Part shown: piece by piece, positions 9,701-16,588 of the stretch
Layout: every line of letters begins with the position of its first letter
Numbering within the stretch: position 1 is the first letter of the stretch
Source: Promethearchaeota archaeon
GTDB taxonomy: Archaea; Asgardarchaeota; Lokiarchaeia; Sigyniarchaeales; SOKP01
NCBI GenBank assembly: GCA_048941015.1
Contig: JBHLNZ010000047.1
Coordinates: 1-21,788 of the forward strand
Direction of reading: 5' to 3'
Length of the DNA: 21,788 nucleotides
Notes under the pieces: generated by a model
The model's input: only the letters and a program-made list of their open reading frames with translations
What the model was told of the DNA's origin: nothing
Databases searched by the model: none
Translations under genes and position numbers: made by a program

Positions 9701-9981
9701 TTTTCTTTTCGACAGATAAATCATTAAATTCAAATGATTGTATGAATGAAATAAATCTTGCTCGAAAACATGGTTTACAGATTACTCCTGTCTTAGGAAT
9801 CAATTTAAGATGGGAAGACTTAGAAAAGTTAAATGTCAATAGGGAACTTGGAAAGGAATTCGATCCGATGCAATTTGATAAATTATGTAAGGAATTATAT
9901 GCTTACGCTTTGAAGTTCAAAGAAGATTTAGAAAAAGAAGCTCAAGAAAAAAAAACCGATAAAAAAAGACGGAAAAAATAA
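6778..9981 (+). CDS. Receptor-like protein: signal/anchor + 14 LVIVD repeats + 9 TSP3-like Ca-binding repeats + TM + TIR
   Basis: 14 copies of V.VSG.IAYVAD...GLEII(D/N)VSDP..P and 9 copies of D.D.DG(L)..G.E. TM FGLLIGIAVVSVAIVAAVAI followed by RRK. TIR RVFISHA...SNDCMNEI from nt 9529. Confidence 0.9.
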   Translation: MFNNNLKKKFNKKTLALFCIFLMIYVAMFFIASHRNLLDQNGNSDIQDFNFPKSSAQSISPVELGQYYDDSNSSRDVFINGDIAYVVDFQNGLEIINISDPGHPTKLGNYTTSSWAFNVVVSNNIAYVAIGYGSWDRNMEIINVSDPNNPVLLSTAIDTPITSGSDIFVSGGIAYIADYAEGLRIYNISDPSNPQFLSKLGDASNYSAGIYVSGNIAYLTEVEDGMEIIDVSDPLNPIEISNFNDGGNYWDVFISGDLAYVTDPYGGLKIIDVSNPKQPKKLGSFYENDASRGIFVDGNIAFLSDGSQGTKIIDISDPYNPTKLGSYYDGGSSQASFVSRGLLYVADSNDGLEIIDIGYSSGQWLEPSLVGKFGDAYNNSQNVVVSGDIAYVSDDSDGLEIINVSNPYNPSLLGKFGDGYNNTLSAFISGDLAYVADEYDGLEIINITDPTNPYEIGYFDDSGIVTNVFVSGGLAYLTDAIDGLEIVNITDPTNPTELSELGTIGSWCIDINVYGNIAFVASEGSGIEIVDVSDPSKPVEIGNFSYGVSGWGSGIHISNDIAYFSDVADGIEIVDVKNLTNPSLLGIFGDDHNESRDICVFRDIAFVADDTDGLEIIDVSDPSNPIEIGEFNDGGITKGVYFSRNLVYVADRTHGLEIIDIGLDNDDDGLTNVGEYFIHSTNLTNPDTDGDNINDYDEINTYSTDPNDADSDDDNLEDGLELTYNTDPNDGDSDDDGLLDGDEINIYSTDPNDDDHDDDGIFDGEETIAGLDGYITDPTDNDCDDDGLLDGAETITYLTNPLNADSDYDDLPDGWEVQYSLNPNSPNRNEDPDVDGLTNYEEFQHGTDPRLEDTDGDGYSDGAEVAAGTDPLDPNNFPFSIWDFFRRFGLLIGIAVVSVAIVAAVAIRRKSIQAKKLRVFISHAVDDFRSYRIADIAKFLESQKEISHVYYCEEDLVGNIDDWMKKTVPRCQLLIFFSTDKSLNSNDCMNEINLARKHGLQITPVLGINLRWEDLEKLNVNRELGKEFDPMQFDKLCKELYAYALKFKEDLEKEAQEKKTDKKRRKK
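6990..8763 (+). repeat. LVIVD protein-repeat array (2 x 7 blades)
   Basis: 14 repeats counted by hand. Repeats 7 and 14 share the distinctive ending SR(G/N)L.YVAD...GLEIIDIG. Boundaries are approximate. Confidence 0.8.
8767..9400 (+). repeat. Acidic TSP3-like calcium-binding repeat stalk
   Basis: DNDDDGLTNVGE, DTDGDNINDYDE, DSDDDNLEDGLE, DSDDDGLLDGDE, DHDDDGIFDGEE, DCDDDGLLDGAE, DSDYDDLPDGWE, DPDVDGLTNYEE, DTDGDGYSDGAE. Confidence 0.85.
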
Positions 9982-10061
9982 ATCTATTATTTTTTATTTA
10001 AAATAATTCATTTTTGTTTTAAATTAAGAATTAAAATAAAATAAAGTAAAATTTAAAATTT

Positions 10062-11792
10062 TTATAAGACGCCTGCATCTTTTAGAATTTGTTTGTGATC
10101 AAAAGCTAAATCCATGGTTTTAACTTTTTCAATGGGAACTGCTTCGGCAACCTTTGCATCATCTCCGCCTGCTAATAAGGAGAGATCTTTAACTAACCTG
10201 CATTTAAAAGCAGTTGATACAATTCTTCCTCTCGGGTCTCGACCTTTTTGATCATAGGTACCTATTTTTCTCACTACTTCAACAGCAAGATTAGTTTCTT
10301 CTCTTACTTCTCTCACAATCGCCTGTTCCGCATTTTCGTTATATTTTATGAAACCACCTGGTAATGCATACTTACCCTTATAAGGATGATATTTTCTCTT
10401 AATTAATATTATATTTCTATTATCATCTTCTATAACAGCATCGACAGTATATCCTTTCTCTTCCACTTTTGCTCTAGCTCTATGAAACATAAAATAAGTT
10501 AACGTACCAATAAACATCAATCCAATGACCGTTGTTGCTATTAAATACGCCATAACCTCAAATGTGGTCTCTGAAAGATTTGTACCTATTACTAATACAT
10601 CGAAAAAGTCTTTTACAATTCCAGCACTTAAGATGATATTCACTAGATATAATATCCTTGTAGTAACTTTTTGATTCTTCTCATTTCTTTGAAGATAAAA
10701 TTCTTGCATAGAGTCGTATAATATTTTGAATTTCTTATTTACTCTCTCTATAATTGTTTCAATGCGATATATCTTTATAAGGTGTGTTAATACTCTTGTG
10801 TAGTGCTCGCGGGGGTTCCAATCTAACTCACTGTAAATAAGACTCATTTTAGTTTGAATCATTCCCCGTAAAAATCTAAGATTATTCATCTTATGTTCTA
10901 TGGTTTCCAAACTCATAAAAACATCTGAATAGCGTTTCATGAATAAGATATCTAATGAATTGTTAATCGTCATAAGCGCAAAAAGGACTGCACGCATTTT
11001 TGGTGTGATATCTAATACATGTTCTTTTATATAGAGAAATTCTGTCTTATAATTTTGTTCTGCCATGTAGATAAATCCAGAATTTCTTTGGATATAATGA
11101 AGTTCAGAAAGACGATTAGAGAAATTATTTTTGATTCTTCTTTCAAAAAGTTCGTCTGTATAATCACCCCATTGTCCTGCATATAATCGTGTCCAATATC
11201 CAAGTATTTTTTTATATTTTTCTATATTTTTTGTATCCCATTGGACTTCTATAGGGCTAACCTTACTTGATACTACAAAAACATATATTGGACTCTCAGT
11301 ATCAAGAAGTAAAAACTCATTTTCTCTTCTATTACTGTATTCTTTAAGCATGTCAAGAACAATAATTGGTATTTCTTGGATTAAGTCCGGTGTAATCCTT
11401 TCTTTTTTATATGGTTCATTTTTAAAGTATTCAATTTCAAATTTAAAATATCCTAGCGTATTATATATCAAATCACGATAATCTTCAGTATAAGCCCTAT
11501 TTTCGTCAGTATAAGGAAAATTTTGGAAGAAAGGCTCCCAGTCACATTCTATAGATATCGACTTAGCCATTTCTCTTAAAATTACCTTTTTCTCTTCAGC
11601 ATGTGGATATTTCTCTAAAAAAGTGAAGGCTTTTCCTAGATCAACATCATTATGATTCTTCAATTTTTCTAAAAGGAATGTTTCTATTTCTTCCGCCTTA
11701 GTTTCTCCAATAAATTCATTTGTATTTATGAAAGCACTGACATACCAAAATTCTTTTCCATAAATAAAACGTAAATTTTCTTCCATTTTCAA
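10062..11792 (-). CDS. Membrane protein with a large soluble N-terminal domain, long helix, 2 TM helices (CorA/RMD1-like) and a C-terminal Nudix (ADP-ribose pyrophosphatase-like) domain
   Basis: Nudix box GFIKYNENAEQAIVREVREETNL matches GX5EX7REUXEE. RDPR, GDDA and LAFDH motifs are present. Two hydrophobic helices precede the Nudix. Start is TTG 11792 or ATG 11786. The CorA-like assignment is an inference from architecture. Confidence 0.8.
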   Translation of the reverse strand: MKMEENLRFIYGKEFWYVSAFINTNEFIGETKAEEIETFLLEKLKNHNDVDLGKAFTFLEKYPHAEEKKVILREMAKSISIECDWEPFFQNFPYTDENRAYTEDYRDLIYNTLGYFKFEIEYFKNEPYKKERITPDLIQEIPIIVLDMLKEYSNRRENEFLLLDTESPIYVFVVSSKVSPIEVQWDTKNIEKYKKILGYWTRLYAGQWGDYTDELFERRIKNNFSNRLSELHYIQRNSGFIYMAEQNYKTEFLYIKEHVLDITPKMRAVLFALMTINNSLDILFMKRYSDVFMSLETIEHKMNNLRFLRGMIQTKMSLIYSELDWNPREHYTRVLTHLIKIYRIETIIERVNKKFKILYDSMQEFYLQRNEKNQKVTTRILYLVNIILSAGIVKDFFDVLVIGTNLSETTFEVMAYLIATTVIGLMFIGTLTYFMFHRARAKVEEKGYTVDAVIEDDNRNIILIKRKYHPYKGKYALPGGFIKYNENAEQAIVREVREETNLAVEVVRKIGTYDQKGRDPRGRIVSTAFKCRLVKDLSLLAGGDDAKVAEAVPIEKVKTMDLAFDHKQILKDAGVL

Positions 11793-12016
11793 TTGCCCTC
11801 AAATTAATTTTATTAGACAAATGATTAAATTATTATTAAATTGTTATTCTATTTATTACTTTTTTTTCTTTCTTTTTTCTTCATAAATTTTGTTATATTT
11901 ATTTAAACCATTAAAAAAAAATTAATTGTTTTAAAAAAACAACTTTATATACTAAAAAAAAGATAATTCTATTCAACATTTAAAATTTACAACCACGTAT
12001 AAAAGTGAAAAATTAA

Positions 12017-12466
12017 ATGAGTGAAAGTAAAGTAAAATCATCTAATAAAATATTAAATCTCTTGTTAATAATTTTGGGACTTCTTTTTATCTTTAGAGCT
12101 GTTTTAGACTTTCTATTATGGGCGGGATTAATTGTACCCGAGTTTTTAGAAGATTTTAGCACTGATTTGGGATCCGCAGCGGCATTATCGATTTTTGGAA
12201 GTCAAGGTTTAATCTCCATAGCGTTAGGCTTCTGGAGTATTGTAGCGGGTATTGGAATGTTTAAAGAAGAAGAATGGGCAATGGGTCAAGCACTCGTTAT
12301 TCTAAGTATAATGGTAATTTCAGGTATCTCCCCAATAATAAGTTGGATCACGAATCCTACAGCATTCGATATACAATACTGGCCAAATTATATCATTATA
12401 GTAGCCTTTCTGGTCGGTTTAATCGGATTTATCTGGTTGCTAGTCACCCGTAAGAGATATGATTAA
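12017..12466 (+). CDS. Small 4-TM membrane protein of unknown function
   Basis: 149 aa with four hydrophobic helices. A TTTATATA box lies upstream at about 11944-11951. Confidence 0.8.
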   Translation: MSESKVKSSNKILNLLLIILGLLFIFRAVLDFLLWAGLIVPEFLEDFSTDLGSAAALSIFGSQGLISIALGFWSIVAGIGMFKEEEWAMGQALVILSIMVISGISPIISWITNPTAFDIQYWPNYIIIVAFLVGLIGFIWLLVTRKRYD

Positions 12467-12647
12467 ACTAATGAAATCCCCAAATTTTTAATTCTTTTTA
12501 TTTTAATATTTAGATCAGGCTTTAACGTATTATTATATTCCTAAATTTATTTCTACTTTTAAATTTTGTAAACTTTATACAAAATGGAAGCAAATTTTCT
12601 CTTTATTGGGCTTTTAAAGATTATACCATAGATTAAATAATTCTATC

Positions 12648-12690
12648 CAAAATATTTATATACCGACTCTACAAAATATTTATATACCGA
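12648..12690 (+). promoter_or_regulatory. Tandem 19-bp perfect direct repeat, each copy containing an archaeal-type TATA box
   Basis: CAAAATATTTATATACCGA at 12648-12666 and 12672-12690, with TTTATATA at 12655 and 12679. Ends 61 bp before ATG 12752. Confidence 0.6.
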
Positions 12691-12751
12691 ATATAGAATA
12701 TTTGGTAATTAAATTTAGCAAATTCAATAAACCTATTAAAGGTGTTTTTCC

Positions 12752-15700
12752 ATGGAAATGGAATTACCAGAGAAAAATTTAAAGAAAAGTTTTGAATATC
12801 CCCAGCATTTGTATCCCAAAAGGAAAGGTCTCGCAAAAGCATTTCACATGACTCAGAGTTTTGGACATACTAGTGATGTAACTTCAGTTGTGATCTCTCA
12901 TAAAAAAGATTATATTATTAGTGGGTCTAAAGATAAAACTTTAAAAGTTTGGGACTTTACAACCGGAAAATTATTGAGAACAATAGAGGCTCATAATTCT
13001 CCAATATTTTCAGTAGCAATTTCGATGGATGATGCTTATGTCTTTACATGCTCTTCAGATCACTTAGTAAAAGTTTGGGGATTAAGAGCAGGGCATCTTA
13101 TTAACGAATTTAAAGAACACACTGATATAGTTACATCATTAAAAGTGACTCCTGATGGAAAAAGTCTCATTAGCGGTTCTAAAGATAAATATGTAATCGT
13201 ATGGGACATCTTAAATGCAAAACCTATTCATAAATTTCAACATAAGAGCGGTATATCTTCAATTGCCATAAATAAAGATGGAAGTATTTTAATTTGCGGT
13301 GATGATGATGGAGAAATTACAATATGGGATTTGAATAAAAACAAATTTCTCCGTACAATTAAAGGACATTCAAGTGAAATAACTTCATTATCGATTTCAC
13401 CTGACACAAAATACTTTGCCAGCGGATCTGATGACAAAACTGTAAGACTCTGGGATCTTTCAAAGGGAAAACCTATCTATATTTTCAACGATCATTCTGA
13501 AGCGGTTCGAACTGTAGCTATATCTCCACTGGGGAATATGATAGTTAGTGGCTCTGATGACAAAGCAATTAAATTATGGGATTTAAAAACCGGTAACATT
13601 CTTAGAACGTTAAAAGGCTATACGGAAAGAGTCTTATCTATAGCATTTTCTCCCGACGGTAGATACATCGCAACAGGTTCATCAGATCATAATGTTATGA
13701 TTTGGGAGATAATGGAAGGAAAATTGGAAAATACTATAAATGCCCATACCAATGATGTAAATGTAGTTTCTATTTCTCCAAAGGGAAATTTTGTCGCATC
13801 TGGTTCTAGCGATAATTCTATAAAATTATGGGAGATTAAAAATCAAAATCTAGTAAGGAGCTTTACTGGACATAAGAAACCAGTTAATTCAATCGCATTT
13901 TCTCCTGATGAGAACTATATTATTAGCAGTTCCTTAGATAAAGATGTTATTATTTGGGATATTAGAAATCCGGTACCACTAATAAAAATAAATAAGATAG
14001 GAGCTAATGTAAATTCAGTCGTGTTTACCCCCACCACGAATCAAATAATGGTGGGCTTAAGTAATAATTACATAAAAATGTGGGATCTACAATCTAAAGA
14101 ATTTATTTGGGAGTCAAAAGAACATAAAGGTGCTATAACGTCAATAAAATTCTCTCCAAATGGGAGATATTTTGTGACTGGATCAGAAGATAAACACATA
14201 AAAATATGGGATTTCACATCAAGAGATGTAATTAAAGATTTAAGTGGTCATAAAGGAAAAATATTATCTCTTGATATCTCACCAAATGGTGCAAAAATTT
14301 CTAGTACTTCTGATGATAAAACAGTAAAAGTTTGGGATTTCTATACCGGTGAATTAATCACTAGTCTTGAAAACCATACTGATATAGTTTCAAGTGTTTC
14401 ATATTCTCCAATAGGAAATTGTTTCATCAGCGGTTCTGATGATAAAACAATTAAAGTATGGGATAATTCAAGATATGAATTAATTCAGTCCTTTGAGGGT
14501 CACCAAAAAGCAGTATCTTCTATTGCCATAACTCCTGATGGAAAGTATGCTATAAGTGGATCTCAGGATGGAACACTAAAATTTTGGTCTCTTACATTTG
14601 GTGGTGTATTTAAAAATATAAAAGGGCATTCGGAGAGTGTAAATTCAGTAGCAGTCTCATCTGACAAACGATATGCTGTTAGCGGATTATCTAATAAATC
14701 CCTAATAGTTTGGGATCTCTTTAATGGTAATCTAATTAAAACCCTAAAAGGCCATGAAGATATAATCAGTTCAGTTGCATTTTCACCTGGAGGAAAATTC
14801 GTGGTTAGCGCATCATATGATAATACCTTAAAAATTTGGGAAATTAAAAGTGGTGAAACATTATGGAATTTAAATGGTCACGACAAAGCTGTTACCTCTG
14901 TAGCTGCTTCTCCCGATAAAAATTATATTGTTAGCGGCTCAAAAGATAATACTGTTATAATATGGGAACCTTCTACTGGTAAATTAATAAAAAAGCTGAA
15001 AGATCATTCAAGTGCTGTGACATCAATTGATATTTCTCCAAACGGAGATCTTATTGTGAGTGGTTCTGAGGATAACTCTATCAATATTTGGAATATGAAA
15101 AAAGGGAAACTTCTTCGTACTCTGAAAGGTCATACTGACGTTGTTACATCAGTTGTATTTTCTCCTGATGGAGAATTTATTGCAAGTGGCTCAAGAGATC
15201 AAACTGTAAAATTATGGAAAGTCAATACCGGTGAACTAGATTATTCTTTTGAAAGAATAAATAGCCCAATTAAGACAGTAACGTTTTCATCTGATGGTTC
15301 ATATATAGCTTGCGGTACTGAAGATAATTTTGTGAGAGCATGGGACTTTATTGAGAAGTATCAAAGTTCATATTATTATTTGTCAAAAGTTAATTCAGCA
15401 AAATTCATTCCAAATACACACCAAATTATTGCTGGTTATAATTCGGGTGATGTTTTAATATGGGATTTATTAATGGAAGAACAAGAAGAACTTTTAAAAG
15501 AACTTCGAGGAAAATTATCTGATGTTGAAGATTTGATTGATAAAAATAATTATTCAGAAGCTATAGAAAAATTGAATTACGTTTTAGAGACAGCAAATAT
15601 GTTTAACTTTGAAGAGATAAGATCAATTGCCTTCGAAAAACTAAAAAATTTAAGAGATCCTGAAGAAACTTCAAGAAATATTAGAAGTATTTTGGAATTT

Positions 15701-16417
15701 GAATTTAAAAATCAAAGAAAAATCACTAAAGCAGAAATGGTAAATCAACTTAATATTGAAATTTCCGAAACAGATTATTATACAAATTTATTATCAAGTA
15801 CCATAAATTATGAGGCTTCTGAGACCCCAGATTTAGAAAGGTTAGGAACGAAAATATTAAAAAAATTCATTAATCCTTCATTGTATGATTTAATAATTCA
15901 ATTAGAGTATGATTATAAGCTAGCCTTTAAAATTGGTAAATTTCTATTAGATAGAGGCTTTATAAAACAATTTAGAAATTATCCTTTAGTTGGAGAAAAA
16001 GTAGAAACCGGGAAAAAACTAGAAGATTTAATTATTTTTATAAGTTATGCAACAGTCGATGCAGAAGTATTTAAGGTTAAGGACTTAGCATCAAGATTAG
16101 AGTCATTTAAGGAAATTAAAAAGGTGTTATATTGGCAAGAAGATATGAAAGATAATATTATCAAATATATGAGTGATAATCTTGGAAGATGTAGTGCAAT
16201 GATATTACTTTGCTCAGAAAATGCTCTAGATTCAACTCCCGTAGATAAAGAGTGGACTGCTGCAGATATGATGGGTAAACCTATCATCCCCGTATTTCTT
16301 AACCCAGATCATATCCCTCCGCTTCTTAAATCAAGACTAGGGCTTGAATATGATTTGGTAGATTTTGAGAGAAATGTAGTACAACTTCATAATTTGATTT
16401 TAAAGAAGTGTGTATAA
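12752..16417 (+). CDS. Soluble WD40-repeat protein (21 repeats) with helical linker and C-terminal TIR domain
   Basis: 21 GH...WD-type repeats counted by hand (nt ~12860-15466). No hydrophobic helix. TIR IFISYATVD (nt 16034)...CSENALDSTPVDKEW...PIIPVF. Confidence 0.92.
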   Translation: MEMELPEKNLKKSFEYPQHLYPKRKGLAKAFHMTQSFGHTSDVTSVVISHKKDYIISGSKDKTLKVWDFTTGKLLRTIEAHNSPIFSVAISMDDAYVFTCSSDHLVKVWGLRAGHLINEFKEHTDIVTSLKVTPDGKSLISGSKDKYVIVWDILNAKPIHKFQHKSGISSIAINKDGSILICGDDDGEITIWDLNKNKFLRTIKGHSSEITSLSISPDTKYFASGSDDKTVRLWDLSKGKPIYIFNDHSEAVRTVAISPLGNMIVSGSDDKAIKLWDLKTGNILRTLKGYTERVLSIAFSPDGRYIATGSSDHNVMIWEIMEGKLENTINAHTNDVNVVSISPKGNFVASGSSDNSIKLWEIKNQNLVRSFTGHKKPVNSIAFSPDENYIISSSLDKDVIIWDIRNPVPLIKINKIGANVNSVVFTPTTNQIMVGLSNNYIKMWDLQSKEFIWESKEHKGAITSIKFSPNGRYFVTGSEDKHIKIWDFTSRDVIKDLSGHKGKILSLDISPNGAKISSTSDDKTVKVWDFYTGELITSLENHTDIVSSVSYSPIGNCFISGSDDKTIKVWDNSRYELIQSFEGHQKAVSSIAITPDGKYAISGSQDGTLKFWSLTFGGVFKNIKGHSESVNSVAVSSDKRYAVSGLSNKSLIVWDLFNGNLIKTLKGHEDIISSVAFSPGGKFVVSASYDNTLKIWEIKSGETLWNLNGHDKAVTSVAASPDKNYIVSGSKDNTVIIWEPSTGKLIKKLKDHSSAVTSIDISPNGDLIVSGSEDNSINIWNMKKGKLLRTLKGHTDVVTSVVFSPDGEFIASGSRDQTVKLWKVNTGELDYSFERINSPIKTVTFSSDGSYIACGTEDNFVRAWDFIEKYQSSYYYLSKVNSAKFIPNTHQIIAGYNSGDVLIWDLLMEEQEELLKELRGKLSDVEDLIDKNNYSEAIEKLNYVLETANMFNFEEIRSIAFEKLKNLRDPEETSRNIRSILEFEFKNQRKITKAEMVNQLNIEISETDYYTNLLSSTINYEASETPDLERLGTKILKKFINPSLYDLIIQLEYDYKLAFKIGKFLLDRGFIKQFRNYPLVGEKVETGKKLEDLIIFISYATVDAEVFKVKDLASRLESFKEIKKVLYWQEDMKDNIIKYMSDNLGRCSAMILLCSENALDSTPVDKEWTAADMMGKPIIPVFLNPDHIPPLLKSRLGLEYDLVDFERNVVQLHNLILKKCV

Positions 16418-16439
16418 TATTTCAGCTTCCTTTCATACA

Positions 16440-16450
16440 ATTTTTTTTTT
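16440..16450 (+). terminator. Oligo-T tract, possible archaeal terminator
   Basis: Run of 11 T starting 22 bp after the WD40-TIR stop codon. Confidence 0.4.
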
Positions 16451-16588
16451 CATTCTTTAAGTTGAAGAAGCTCAATTATTTTTTAATGTACTAATTTAGT
16501 TTTTTTATATAATTTTAGCAACCTTTTTTTATAATCGTATTTAAATAAGTTTAATAATATCATCTAATATTTTTAGAGGAAAATTTAT

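Noticed and set aside
12648-12690. Possible mini-CRISPR array
   Set aside because: There are only two 19-bp copies with a 5-bp spacer and no cas genes.
12752-16417. NLR/STAND (NACHT-WD40, Avs-like) assignment
   Set aside because: No Walker A/B motifs or room for an NTPase domain are visible.
3100-16417. Canonical Thoeris, CBASS, Pycsar or SPARTA system
   Set aside because: No SIR2/SLOG/Macro ThsA, nucleotidyltransferase, cyclase, SAVED/STING or Argonaute gene is recognisable in the window.
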